A stretch of DNA of 64,000 nucleotides, taken from Octopus vulgaris (Eukaryota). The stretch covers positions 70,618,001-70,682,000 of the forward strand of contig OX597828.1 in the NCBI GenBank assembly GCA_951406725.2, written 5' to 3'. Each line of letters opens with the position of its first letter. Within the stretch, counting starts at the first letter, position 1. The translations under genes were made by a program, and so were the position numbers. Below the pieces are notes generated by a model, which worked only from the letters and a program-made list of their open reading frames with translations, was not told the DNA's origin and ran no database searches. Positions 44,004 to 58,966 of the stretch are shown one piece after another.

Positions 44004-44452
44004 ACACACTCACACACATACACACACACACACACACATACATACACACTCTCTCTCTCGTGATAGAAATACTTATCAATGTTTATGTGGCTGCCGACCT
44101 TGAATCTTTATCGATTATTACTAATTGTTGTTGTTGTTGTTGTCGTTATCGCCATCATCATCATCATCGGCATCATCGTCGTCGTCATCATCATCATCAT
44201 CATCGTCATCGTCATCGTCGTCGTCGTTGTCATAAATTATTATTAATATTATTATTGTTGTTGTTGTTATTATTGTTATTTAACATTGCTAGAAACTATA
44301 AATTACAGGTGTTATGCAATAAATCATACTCAGGTATGTTCCGTGTGTTTATGTGTATGTGAGTGTTTATGTGTGCGTGTGTTGACACATGTATGTATGC
44401 GGCAGTGTGCAATGTGTAAGCAGGTATATGTAGGTATACGTACGTATACACG

Positions 44453-44486
<34 letters not shown>

Positions 44487-44573
44487 CATATATATATATA
44501 TATACTTATACACACACTCACACATACATATGTGTGTGTCTCTGTGTGTTTGTGTGTGTGTGTGTGTGCGTGT

Positions 44574-44641
<68 letters not shown>

Positions 44642-45239
44642 CGTTGTTTGTATAAGAATAGAGAGTGATCAAGCGATAGATAAATATCAGGAGATAAATA
44701 CGCTGCAGACAGTCAGACAGACGGATAGATAAAGAAAGAAAGAGAGACAGAGAGACAGAGAGAGAGACAGACAGGCAGACAGACAGGCATACAGACAGAC
44801 AGACTGACAGACAGAAAGAAAGAGAGGGAGGGGAAAATATAAAAGAAAGAGAGGGAGTGAGAGCTGACGGTGGATCGACCGATATTTCCCATTAGTTTGG
44901 ACCGAATGACCTAACAGGTAAACAATGATGTTTGGTGGTTTAGAGGAGTGGGGGCCAGCTTTTGGTATGTCTGTGTGTGTTGATCTAATTTATATGGGTG
45001 TTCGTGTGGTTAACAGCGTCGTTCTTGGTTCGATCCCACGACACGTCGCCTTCGGCAAGTCTGTCGCTGAGGCATCTTCTTTAGTTTCATGATCGAAGTG
45101 ATCAATGCTTAGAAAAGCGATATTTTGGTTCCGGAAATTGCGTAGGGGTCCACCATATATATATCTCTCTCTCTCATTCACTCTCTCTCTCTCATTCACT
45201 CTCTCTCTCTCATTCACTCTCTCTCTCTCTCTCTCTCTC

Positions 45240-45278
<39 letters not shown>

Positions 45279-45748
45279 TAAAGGAACAAGGATATTAGAT
45301 CCGGGTAGGTACCTTACAAGTACTCTTGTAGAATTCAGCTTCTGGCTAATCAAATCTAATTATATGGAACAACGGGAAATTGTTTAAGGTAAACAATTAC
45401 CCGGTACTTCACCCGATGGGTAAATCCTGGGCTCGCTTCCTTGGACTTTTTACCGTATACAGAGTGTGTATATTCCAGACATTAAAATTAAGAATGCAGA
45501 ATTATACATCCTTAAAAGCTTGCTTATTTCAGTGTTACATGTAACACATTCACTTTAAATCTCAGTCCGACCCGTGTTTCTCACTGCATAGATATCCTAA
45601 GATGTTGTCTGCAGTTGCATCTTGTGGGTTCAATTCCATTATAAGTTCTTCCGGGGGATACGTTACTATGCAGCTTTATTCAAGGTGTTACCATTACTGG
45701 TTTTTGAAGCGAACTGAGGAGTTCGATGTTTGGTTTAATTTAGGTAAG

Positions 45749-45824
<76 letters not shown>

Positions 45825-47287
45825 TTCGTGTAGAAAATAACGAAGGTTGCTGTGAAATACGATGAGGCGATAAAGAGTCCGTTATCATTTAAACCCAGCG
45901 TGGCTTTTAAGTTGTTAAAGGGAATAGCATAGCAATGGACTTAATAGTCAGAAAAGCGCTAACCAGGTCCAGATATGTTTTACCCAAAGGCCACATACGA
46001 TACAGATGCAAAGAATTTTCAGGATAAATAGATAGATTTAAAACAATCGACAGAATAGGAACTGAAATGAGGATAAAAAAGTTTTTTGAGGCAGATGGAG
46101 ATTGGAGTTTACCTTTTGATTGTCAAAATCTACCTACAGTAAATCTACAATTATAGCGTAGGTAATTCTTCCGTCTACCTTTATACAAGTCATATCTTAT
46201 AGAGATTTTGTCTGGGAAATATTTCAACATGAATAAGTCTGAGTAGTCGGAGAGCCCCAGACTAGGTCAAGATTTACTACGCTCAGAGGCCATATAAGAT
46301 AATGAGAGGAAGAACTTGTATGGTAAATAGATGGATTAGGAGACATTAAGAGAATTAGGAACTGAAGATTATAAAAGACAATAAATGAAAGAAAATAAAT
46401 AAAAGTGGGTGAAATTTTCTGTTATATTATTAAAAGCTAACGATTGTAAATCTACAATTTTGTTTAGGGTATTCTTCAGGGTACGCTTACGTAAGTAATA
46501 TCTTAGTAAAAATTATCATTTTGGGCAATATTGGAACACTTTCGTAGAAGAATGCATTTTGGGCCTAATTCATGTCTGTTATTCATTAATTTGTATCTAG
46601 AGATGAAGCGGCACATTGGGTCGCGAATGACTCAATAGAGGAGAGGAAGGATGATGGAAGTTAACTCTCGAACCAACGTGTCACTTGACGGAATGCCGCG
46701 TCGCGTCCTGGGCATCCGAAGGGTCGTCAGTTCCTCAGACGACGAAAGACAAAGAAAGGATAAAATCAGAGCCACAATCCTTAGATGGTCACAGAAAGAA
46801 CGGCGTCCTCTTGTGATGGATGGACAACTTCGAAATGGAATGGAGTAATGTGAAGTTGTCTTTAAATCAAGGGAATGGTGGCGGGTATGAATGCCCCCAT
46901 TTTGGATAGAGGAGGTCGGCTACAACGGACGTCCGGTTTGAGTCGCAACGTATATTAGCTTTTGGCCAGTGATTGGGTGAGTGAGGGTCTCTGAGTTGCA
47001 TAGCTAGTCGACGATTGAGGAGTTCCCTTCGAAGTCGTCCCTTGAGGTTAAAGTAAGAGAGGTTTTGGTCCTTTATGCTACAGAAATAATACATACTTAG
47101 ATCAATAAAGTTTATAACACGTGTAACCGCTCAGTTTGTGACACTGGACATGGGGTACCGAGACCATACTTGACTATACAGTGGTGTTCTGACCATACTT
47201 GGAGTACGTCCTCGCTTGTTTCCAGCTGTGGAATCTGTCGTAAAAATATCTATTTCATATGATTTCTAGAGAATATTATATAATTTT

Positions 47288-47550
47288 ATAGTTATCACCA
47301 TACTAATATGGCATTCTTATAAAAATAAGAATAAAGCTGTCCGCTTATTAGCTCCATGAGGCCATCGCCTTAAGTTAGCTATTTGATACACATATGTTCG
47401 AAGGTTATATGGATACAGTTTGTGTATCAAATAGCTAACTTAAGGCGATGGCCTCATGGAGCTAATAAGGCGATGGCCTCATGGAGCTAATAAGCGGACA
47501 GCTTTATTCTTATTTTTATAAGAATGCCATATTAGTATGGCGATAACTAT
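47288..47550. repeat. Near-perfect 105-bp palindrome with a 25-bp duplication in one arm
   Basis: Arms 47288-47392 and 47421-47550. Confidence 0.9.
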
Positions 47551-48387
47551 TATTTTCCAGGAACGCTGCCGTGATCTCTTTTAGAGAGACTTAGTAATTT
47601 TAATATTTCTATTATTATATAATTTTATATTTTATATAATTTTATTTAATTTCTAGAGAAATTAGGAACTTGGACAGTTGGAAATTCGAACAGCAGGTTG
47701 TTGCGATCATCAAAGAGTTAACAGTGTTTGTATTTGACACCAAGAGGAATTAGCACCGGCAATATAGTTGACACCAACACCGGTTTGGCAGTGCAGCAAT
47801 TCCACACCGAAGTGGCGCCATGCAACAAACAGCCTTCCGGTATTTCAGACCCTGAAAAACCAGACCAAAAAAATTCCAAAGTAAAAATAAAATCAAAGAA
47901 ATTTAAAAAAAAGAAAAAATTAATCAATAAAATAAAATAAATCCAATAAGGAGTAAAAAACAAATAAAAGAAGATTTTGGTATAGAACGTCCCTGTTTAC
48001 TTAAGTCGTTTTTGAAATGTTCAACGACAAAATATCGTTTTGTTTAATGTTAACTGAGCAGATGGAGGCGGAGTAGTGGAAGGGAGAGGGTGGCGGTGGC
48101 GGTGGCGGTGTGGTTGGTGGTGGTGGTTGGTGGAGGTGTATGAGAGAGGGTATTAAATAAGGGAGACACCGGTAAATAGTGACGTGTTTGTTAGTGTTGG
48201 GACAGCATTTAGAGAAGAGTACAAAGGGGGTGGGTGTGGGGTGGAGGGGTGAGAAGAGATATTGTTGATAGGGCGGAGACGTTGCGTTGTAAAGGGATTA
48301 ACGACATCACCTCCCGCGTGCGCTTGTCTATGGGGGTATACAAATATATATAATAAATACACACACACACACACATCGATATATATA

Positions 48388-48520
<133 letters not shown>

Positions 48521-48578
48521 GCATATGCGCATTGTGTGTACGTATATATGTATATATATATATATATGTATGTATGTA

Positions 48579-48621
<43 letters not shown>

Positions 48622-48645
48622 CATTATATGTGTGTGTGTATATAC

Positions 48646-48691
<46 letters not shown>

Positions 48692-48705
48692 GTGTGTGTA
48701 TATAC

Positions 48706-48766
<61 letters not shown>

Positions 48767-48804
48767 GAGTGTGTGTGTATATATAGATATAGATATAGAC
48801 TCGG

Positions 48805-49321
48805 GCGTATTTGTGTGGTAAGAAGCTTGCTTCCCAACCACATGGTTCCTAGTTCAATCCACTGCATGGCAACTTGGTCAAGTGTCTTCCACTATAACCC
48901 TGGGCCGACCAAAGCCTTGTGAGTGGATTTCGTAGACGGAAAATGAAAGAAGCCCGTTGTATATGTATGTGTGTGTGCGTGCGTATGCGTATGTGTGTGT
49001 GTGTGTGTTTGTGTATCTGTATTTCTCTCCGCACCATCACTTGACAACCAATGTTGGTGTGTTTACGTCCCCATCACCTAGAATGCTGGAACACCGCCTT
49101 TAGTCGAAAAAATTGACCCCAGGACTTATTCTTTGTAAGCCTAGTACTTATTCTATCGGTCTCTTTGGCCGAACCGCTAAGTTACGGGAACGTAGACATG
49201 CTACCATCGGTTGTCAAGCAATGGTGGGGGACAAACACAGACACACAAACATACGCACATACATGCACATATATATATATATATATATATGTATGACGGG
49301 CTTCTTCCAGTTTCCGTCTAC

Positions 49322-49322
<1 letters not shown>
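48805..49322. mobile_element. Tail-to-tail inverted family A SINEs
   Basis: Plus copy 48805-49080 and minus copy 49082-49322. Confidence 0.8.
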
Positions 49323-49360
<38 letters not shown>

Positions 49361-49585
49361 ACACACTCCCGCGCTCTCTGTCTCACACGCGCACTGACAC
49401 AGACATTCACACAGACACATACACCCACACAAACTCACTCACACACACAGGCATACACACAAACGCAAACACACACGCACACACACGCACACAAACACAC
49501 ACACACGCACACAAATACACACACACACACAGACATACACACAAACTCACACGCACGCACACACACATACAGACATACACACACA

Positions 49586-49655
<70 letters not shown>

Positions 49656-50055
49656 TACACACACACACATACACACACACACACACACGTACATATCGTA
49701 TCGCCATCGCCGGTTTTGTTTAGACTTCGGTATCTGAATTTACATTTCCAGCGTCTGAAGAGAAATCTCGGCGAAGTACCCTGGAGATGGGTTATCGGGT
49801 GCGAGCTGACGTTATGAGCCGTTTGGTGGTACCCTGATAAAGCTACCTCGATATCTGTGAACTACCTGGAGTACATAAATCAATTGGAAGCCGAATTCCA
49901 GTAAACATGTTACGAGCTACCCCGGGTAGGTGGGGGTGTTTGCTATCGCTTAGATTAGATATCGTGACTTAATTACTGGGAAATATTTCAATTATTTAAT
50001 AAACAAAGCCACCCGGATATTTGTATATTGAGTGTGCGACGCAATTTTATAAGAG

Positions 50056-50115
<60 letters not shown>

Positions 50116-50222
50116 TGGGGATAGACAGAGAGAGAAAGAAAGAGACGGAGACACAGAGATAGAGACAGCCAGACAGAGGAAGAGAGAGAAGGAGAAAATG
50201 AAAGTGGGAGAGAGAGAAACAG

Positions 50223-51267
50223 ACGGACAGAGAGGGAGTGAGTGAAAGAGAGACAAACAGGTAAACAGTGAGAGAGAAAGAGATAGAGAGAGAGAGATTA
50301 AGACTGCCGTTGTACTAGACCCGAGTGTATAACAGATATTATACTTTACTTCCCTGATCATATTGTGCGGGCGCAAATTTAAGGATGTCATTTCTGAGAT
50401 TTCGTTAAGTATATCGAAACCAAATGTTACAACGATAAAAGTCCTTTCATCCGAGGAAACCTGATGAGATGATGAAAGACATTCTAGCCTTGACTATCCT
50501 GTCATATTGCGTCTATGACTATTAACAGATATATCCTTCGTTTCGGTTTTTAAACATAGGAGGCATTTGGGGGCGATAATCACTGTCGTGTTACACACTC
50601 CACTCCAACCACGACCACCGCCACCACACACACCTTCCTCTAACCACAACTCTATAATGATTCCAAACAATCTTGTTACATAAGCTCTGTAGGTGAACGT
50701 AATATAAAAAAGGTGAGTGGCTTCTGGTGGCGTCATGTTGCAGCAATGGACATTGTGCCATGGTATGTGACGCGATGCTCAGTGCAGCTAGACATCAACG
50801 AAAAGAGTCAGTTCCCAGTAATGTGTGGGAGCACTGACTTATCGTACCACATTTCTTGGTCCAACTACCAATAAACTTCCTTCCCAACCACATGGTTACG
50901 GGTTCAGTCACACTGCGTGGCACCTTAGGCAGGTTTCTACTACAACCTCGGACTGACCAAATTCTTTTGAGTGGATTTCTTAGACAGAAACTGAAAGAAG
51001 CCCATCCTATATATATATATAGTGTATGTGTCTGTATCTGTCTTTGACCCCCTCCATCGCTTGACAACCGATATTGGTGAGTTTGCGTCCCTGTAACTTA
51101 GCAATTTGGCATAAGAGAGCGATAGAATAAGTACTAGGCTTACAAAGAATAAGTCCAGGGGTCACTTTCTTCGTCTAAAAAACCTTTACGTACGTAATTT
51201 TAAAATATGATCAGGGAAGTAAAGTATAATATCTGTTATACACTCGGGTCTAGTACAACGGCAGTCT

Positions 51268-51326
<59 letters not shown>

Positions 51327-51373
51327 ACTATTTACCTGTTTGTCTCTCTTTCACTCACTCCCTCTCTGCCCGT
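50223..51373. repeat. Inverted duplication with ~140-170-bp arms enclosing ~840 bp (includes SINE A 50870-51185)
   Basis: 50223-50364 is the reverse complement of 51204-51373 except for (GA)n length and a few substitutions. Confidence 0.85.
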
Positions 51374-51623
51374 AAAGTGTACATATCGCCCGTCACTCTT
51401 GTTTAAATAAGATAAGTCGTAACATAGCGTTCCCTTCGTCATATATGCAGTAATCACATTCGGTTAAAATGTCTCATTGGTGCGTTTTGTTTTTCTTTTT
51501 CTTTTCCTGATGAGAAGTTTGCATTGTTTCATATAATTTTATTCCTTCTGGAATAATACCAATGTTTTCTTTGAAACATATGTTGGAAGTATAAAGATTT
51601 GAATAACAACTGCGTTTAACTCC

Positions 51624-51700
<77 letters not shown>

Positions 51701-51702
<2 letters not shown>

Positions 51703-51884
51703 GGAGAATTCACTTAAAAAAACAACAAAAGACGAAGATAGGTGGTGTAGATAACAAATAGATGTAGTAGTAGTATAACGCTCGGGAATTGAAAAAGTCT
51801 TTAACGTTTCGAGCCTACGCTCTTCCTCAGAAAGGAACCCAGAAAGAAACAAGGAGAGAAAATAAAGAATTTGTAGTGGCTAGC

Positions 51885-51888
<4 letters not shown>
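51701..51888 (-). mobile_element. Hammerhead-bearing element in (TA)n (family H1), intact core at 51799-51834
   Basis: CUUU CUGAGGA A GAGC GUAG GCUC GAAA CG UU/AAAG. Confidence 0.75.
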
Positions 51889-51931
<43 letters not shown>

Positions 51932-51971
51932 TTATATACTTTATTTAAAGCAGCAGAAAATTCAACAAAAC

Positions 51972-52009
51972 CTGTTACTCTGAGTTTCCCGTTGCCGTTC
52001 ATCGGACAG
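51972..52009 (-). ncRNA. Type I hammerhead variant (CCGAUGA core)
   Basis: CUGU CCGAUGA A CG GCAA CG G GAAA CUC A GAG UA/ACAG; stem I CUGU/ACAG; element 51930-52101 between (TA)n. Confidence 0.6.
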
Positions 52010-52101
52010 TTTTTGCTGCTTAAAATTAAGCATATTACTCTACCACTGGTATTTGAGTACTCTTTTTTCCACCTTGTTTCACATTTATGCGTTTACTCCG
52101 G

Positions 52102-52166
<65 letters not shown>

Positions 52167-52185
52167 GAGAGAGAGAGAGAGAGAG

Positions 52186-52250
<65 letters not shown>

Positions 52251-52939
52251 CACATACAAATATGTATATATATATGTACATATGTTTGTATGTATGTATA
52301 TTGATTTTTTGCTTTCAAAGAAGTTTTTTACTCGATTGCTTGGAATTGTTCAGGTGAAACCCGAGACATTAGACATTATATAACTTGATATAAGAAAAGA
52401 CAAAAATTTAGATAATCATTTATATTTATGATTTACATCAACATAATAAATTCATATTTATGTATTTATTATTCATATATGTATATATATATATATGTAT
52501 ATATATACACACATGTACATACGTATACGTGTATGTGTGTGTGTGTGTGTGTATGCTCACAAACACATATACGTACATACATACTCTGAGAACGGTGCAT
52601 TGACAAAATCAGAAGCCATGAGGTTTGTACGGTACATTAAATAAGCTTCGTGCATAGACATCAATCTTCCTCCTGCTTACATCATATACACACCCTGTAT
52701 ATATTAACAAATATGTATACCCAGGCACCTCTTAAGTGCGTGTGTGCGTGCACGTCTATTTCCTTATGTGTGTATACGCATTGCTATATGTGGCTGTATA
52801 TATTCACAGACACACATATATGTATACACATACACACATACACACATGCACACACACACACATATATATATATACATATATACACACACCACATATATAT
52901 GCCTGTATATGTATGTATGTATGTATGTATATATTTTCA

Positions 52940-53150
52940 TTTCTTTTATTCCTTCATTAGTTTCACTCATTTGACTTCGGCCATGCTGGAGCACCGCCTT
53001 TAGTCGAACAAATCGACTCTATGACTTATTATTTGTTTACCTAGTACCTATTCTATCGGTCTCTATTGCCGAAAAGCTAAGTTACGGGAACGTCAACACA
53101 CCAGCATCGGTTTCAAGCGATGCTGGGCGTACAGGCACTGACACACAAAT
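52940..53150 (-). mobile_element. SINE family A tail
   Basis: GGCCATGCTGGAGCACCGCCTTTAGTCG block. Confidence 0.8.
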
Positions 53151-53759
53151 AATACATATACACATACATATATTTATGTACATATACATATATATACATA
53201 TATATATGTATATGTATGTATATATTTTTTTTTGTAATTGTATTTTTATTTTGTATTTTATTTTGTATTTTATTTTGTAATTTTATTTGTATCGTTTTTA
53301 CGTCCTGTTTGTGTCACATTTTGTTCTTTCCTTGTTTTTACCCCTCTGCGAAGTAATTTCCTTTAATTTCTTCGCAGGAAGGGCTAGTTCGACGAGTGGT
53401 GTTCTGTCCTCACCTTCGAAACACGCTGGAGTTGAACTAGGGACAGCTGATGAAGGGGATTTTTCCTTGTGTAGTTTGTCTAGTACTCTGTTTTTTCTTT
53501 GTAAAAAAAAGGTTCGTTCCATGCTTGTTTTTACGTTTTCGTTCTCGTTGAGTTCTGCGTCTATTTGTAGTGTCCTGTACTCACGTATATATATCTATAT
53601 ATGCATGTATATATACATGTAGATGTAGGTACGTACATATATGTATGTATGTATGTGTGCATATATTTTATTTATTACACTATTGTATGACTGAGCGCCT
53701 TCGCGTCGATTCGATTCGATTCGTTCCGTTTCGTTTCGTTTCTTCTTCTTCTCCCAGTA

Positions 53760-53819
<60 letters not shown>

Positions 53820-53820
53820 A

Positions 53821-54130
53821 ACGGGAAGCTTTATGAAAATAAACAAAAGACGAAGGCAGGTTTACGGAAATAAACAAAAGACGAAGGCAGGTGGAATACA
53901 AACAAACAATTGTATTAGTATGGCTCTCAGGAATATAAATAAAACAAGTCTTTTACGTTTCGAGCCTACGCTCTTCAACAGAAAGATACACAGAGAAGAA
54001 ACACAGAAAGAAGGAGAGAAAAAATGCGTGCAGAGGCTAGCGAATCAACATGGCGATCTGATTTCGGCCAGAAGTCAAAGATCAAACGTGAGACGCAAGA
54101 GCGAAATTAGGGGAGATAATAGGGTTAAAT
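53821..54130 (-). mobile_element. Hammerhead-bearing element (family H1-related)
   Basis: UCUUU CUGUUGA A GAGC GUAG GCUC GAAA CG UA/AAAGA; shares AAACAAAAGACGAAG.CAGGTGG with 22108 and 51701. Confidence 0.7.
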
Positions 54131-54580
54131 GACCTCGCCCCAACATAAGAATGTGTGTGTGTATGAGAGAGTATTAGTGCGTATGAGAGGTATGGACGTG
54201 TGTATGTATATATGATGTGTATGTATATATGATGTGATGTGTAAAGTCGTATGGTGTAGTGTAGAGAGAGGAGATGAAGGGATGAGGGGAGAGGGGAAGA
54301 GGGGGAGGTAAGGGGGAGAGAGAGGAGTGAGGAGGGGGAGATGAGATGAGGGGGAGAGAGGGGAGGGGGAGATTAGATGAGGGGGAGAAGGAAAGGGGAG
54401 AAGAGGGGAGAAGGAAAGATGTATGTATGTACGTATGTGCGCGAGTGCTTGAGTAAATCAGGTATACTTAATTTACATTTTCGTATGCATACCATACCAT
54501 GTAGCATCCACAGACTCATACGGGTACACACACATGTATTATATTATATCATGCAATGTGTGTTTGTGTGCTTGCTTGTC

Positions 54581-54668
<88 letters not shown>

Positions 54669-55299
54669 TGTATGTGTGTGTACGTCCTATAACTGTCTGT
54701 CTCTCTACTTTTGTAGTGTCTTCCCTGTTGCTCTCACATATTGTGTGACACATTAAAATTACGTCAAAATTTTCAAATTTGGAATTTTCCACATAAAATC
54801 CGATTTGATTATTTATTTGCTCCAGAAAAATTGCAGAAAAATCTTCCTGAGGTTTAAAGTTTAATCGTTTTTACCTAATCAGGAAACAGGATTTAGAAGC
54901 TAGCATTTTCTGCATCGTAGCTGTCTATCACAAAATGAAAGCAAAATCATTAAGAGGAGGAAATTTATTAAACAAACGAAAGCAAAGCATTACGATGACC
55001 AAAGTTGTAAGAACTTCTGAAGTTTTAATAAGATTTAATGAATGAAGTCATGTGAAACGGTCGAACAGACAAGTAAATAATTTAGAAAGGAAAGAAAAGT
55101 TCTCAACGAAGATTTTTGAGAAAAATTGCACAAATCTGTCCTGATCAAGAGGCCTATCTCTCGAGGAAGGCATGGTCTCACATAAAAATGTATATAACAC
55201 ATTCTATTGTAAGAATTGCGGTGCAACGACGGGCTATTCAGCTAGTGTATATATATATGTGCATATGTGTGTGTGTTTGTGTGTGTGTGTGTGTATTTG

Positions 55300-55381
<82 letters not shown>

Positions 55382-55719
55382 CGTGTGTGTATATGTATAT
55401 ATATATATATATATATTATTGTTAGAGACAGTCAGAGAAAGAGGTGTGTCAGATGACGGCAGTTTGTAAAATAAAGCACAAAAAAGAAAACAGATATTTG
55501 TACGAAACTAAACTGCTGTTTACTCAGTCAACTTTAGAGAAAGAAAGAAAGAAAGAAAAAAGAAAGAAAGAAAGAAGGAAAGAAAGAAAGAAAGAAGAAA
55601 GAAAGAAAGAGAGAAAGATCACAAATAACAATGATGTCAATAGCAACAACAACAACAAAAAACCAGAGTAAAGAAGTAACTGGGTCAAGTGACCAACAAC
55701 CACAACAACAACAAAAAAT

Positions 55720-55757
<38 letters not shown>

Positions 55758-56089
55758 GTATGTATGTATGTGTGTATATAGATGTATGTATATAGAGCGA
55801 TATAGATATGACATGAACAGAAAATTCCTATGGGTGCGATAAAAATAGTTTCGTTATTGTTGTTGCTGCTGTTGTTGTTGCTGGTGCTGTTTATTATAGT
55901 ATTATACATGTTTGATAGAGACGTCAGCTACTCGATTGTACCATCTCCCCCCCTGCTCTCCCCTCCCTCATCCCTTCTGCACACATACACACACACACAC
56001 ACATATACATATCTATGTGTGTGTGTATTTAAGTATGTATTTGGTATGTAAATATATATTTTATCTATCTATTTATATCTATATATATA

Positions 56090-56130
<41 letters not shown>

Positions 56131-56155
56131 AACACATATATATATAATATATATA

Positions 56156-56204
<49 letters not shown>

Positions 56205-56289
56205 ATATATATATATAATATATATAACACACATATATAGGTACATATATACATACATATATATACACACACACAAACACACACATGTA

Positions 56290-56492
56290 TTGGTTTAAAA
56301 TTTTGACACAAGGCCAGCAAATTCGAGGTGGGGTAAGTCGATTACATCGACCCCAGTGTTTCACTGGTATTTATTTTATCGACCCCGAAAGAATGAAAGA
56401 CAAAGTCGACCTCTGCGGAAATTGATCTCAGAACGTTAAGTCGGACGAAATGCCGCTAAGCATTTTGACCGGCATGGTAACGATTCTGCCAA
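56290..56492 (-). mobile_element. SINE family B
   Basis: Reverse copy, head to tail. Confidence 0.8.
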
Positions 56493-57525
56493 TGTTTGTT
56501 TGTTTGTGTGTGTGCGTGTGTGTGTTACTCAGCTTTCTAAACTGTCTGCGTGTGGTTGATCTATCAAATGAGCTGTTGCAGTCGATTGGTCCAAAATATT
56601 GCCTGATCTTTTCAAAAAAATAAATAAATAAATCATAAACCAATCAATAAATAAATAAATGTCGCTAAAAGACAAGGGACCGTCTACATAGTCATCCGAT
56701 CTGCTAGAAATAAAGCGAAATTTCCCTCAACTTGTATTTCACTCCCGTGCAATAACAAATTTAAGACAAACAAGAGAATGTCACTGGCCTTACATAAAGT
56801 AAGAGTAAAAAAATTTTGTCTATCCCAGCGTTACAGACATAGAAATTATCATGATTTATCCCGGTTAATTCCGGTTTATCCCCGTTTCCGTTGTGTTTAG
56901 ATAACTGGAGTCCAAGAATACTCCATGAACGAAGTGCCAGTGCGTCGCAGAGCTTTGTTGGTATTTATTTCCAGTGAAGTAGTCTACAGCAACGTGAAAT
57001 GAAGTACATTGCTCAAGGATACAATACGTCACTGGTCACGTGGTTTGGGAATTTAACGGACTACATCATACATTAATTGCACAAGAAGCTGTTGTTTACG
57101 CACTGCGGAAAAAAAGCGTCATTTTCAACAGCTTCAAAGGCTCATCAAAAGATTTAATTACATGATCAGAGTTTTTGTGAAATATCGCCACTTCAACAAG
57201 TTTCCGTTGAAATTCTAGAAGCACATTTCACCACAAGGCTTAACAAATGGAGGTAAAAATAAACCTTCCTGCGGGCCTGTAACCTGGATTTCGCTCAACA
57301 TTCAAAGTAGCTACGCCCTTCACATACACATAACTATCATAAACATACGCGCATATTTAACTTCTCTTATGATTTTAATACAATTTAAACCCTTTATAAA
57401 ACAATTTTCCTTTTTCCTTGCTTAACACCTACCGATTGGCTAATTAGTAAACTTATTTTTAAGTTTCATCTGTTAAGGATATACATGTACCTATGTATGT
57501 CCATACATGCACAAACAGATTTACA

Positions 57526-57606
<81 letters not shown>

Positions 57607-57781
57607 TATGCAAATGGTTGTTTATGTCAAGTTGTATGCAGAATCAGGTTACCATTAAAATGAAGGGTTACTGAATATTTTTAAGAGAACAGATATATAT
57701 ATTAATGTATGAATGTATGATGTATCCGTCTATATATCAATATATAATCTATATTATATATATACACTTACACACACATAC

Positions 57782-57828
<47 letters not shown>

Positions 57829-57882
57829 CATACATAAATACGTAAATACAGATAGATGCATACACACACATATATATGTATG

Positions 57883-57933
<51 letters not shown>

Positions 57934-58677
57934 CTGTATGTATATATATATGTATATATATGTATGTATATATATATATGTATCTATATATATGTAGATA
58001 TGTATATGTACACATAAGCACATACATATACATCTGTTCATAAGTACCATTAACGAACCATAGCCTGTAGTACTCCTACACATAAAAACAATGGCGACAG
58101 CTTTACTGAGAAAAGCGCCACTTTTCGTTAAATCGCTTCATTTTTTTCATGTAACAATCAGTGAAAATCATTGAGGCATAAAAATGAAGGGGAAAAATGA
58201 TCTAAAAACGTTTCACCAATATATTTCAGACTGAATGAAAGGAATCAGACAGGATTAGACAGGTAAGGGGTACCTTAAACCTGCACCGACACACACCTTC
58301 TGTTTTAGTACACTTAGAACTGATAACAGAAGTTAGACGACTACCTTTGACTCGTCCTAATCTCGTCTGATAAGTTTGCCGACGGCCAACGGAGCTGCAT
58401 TACTAGATGCTATGTATGTATGTATGTATGTATGTATGTATGTATGTATGTATGTAGGTTGCTAGGTAAGTAGGTAGGTAGGCGGGTGGGTGGGTGGGTG
58501 AGTGTGAGAAGCTGGCTTCGTTGGAGAACTGATGTCTGCAAATAGAGTCTGTCTGTTGTTTACTTCCGTCTTCAGTGACCATTCTGAGGATTCTTCCGAG
58601 GAATCATTGAAATTATTTAATTATTTCAACTCAATTTCACCTCAACCGCCACGCAAAAATTCAGTGATTTATAGACG

Positions 58678-58709
<32 letters not shown>

Positions 58710-58884
58710 TACACTCACAAACCCAGAGGTCTGTATGTGTCTATACACCCGTTGGGTTCTGTAATGACATAAATCCCATTAAAAAGTTATCCACCTACAC
58801 GGTGCTGAGCATCTTTCGTTCATATATGTGTATGTATATATATGTATATATATATATATATACATATATACATATATATATATA

Positions 58885-58966
<82 letters not shown>

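Noticed and set aside
45830-46600. Possible APE-endonuclease relic on minus (LDLV, LSDY)
   Set aside because: Only two short motifs; too decayed to call
46715-46750. GTCGTC/GACGAC stem followed by GAAA
   Set aside because: Upstream box CCGAAGG has two core mismatches, and there is no NUH site or stem I
49752-49925. Possible 174-bp exon (TTTCCAG...GTAGGT)
   Set aside because: Stops in all three plus frames; a non-coding exon cannot be supported without RNA data
50449-50480. GAAAC and CTGATGA inside a CTTTCATC/GATGAAAG hairpin
   Set aside because: The motifs are adjacent, with no room for stems I and III
53408-53470. GAAAC...CTGATGAAGGGG as a permuted (type II) hammerhead
   Set aside because: Could not build convincing stems I and III; probably another (TA)n-associated repeat
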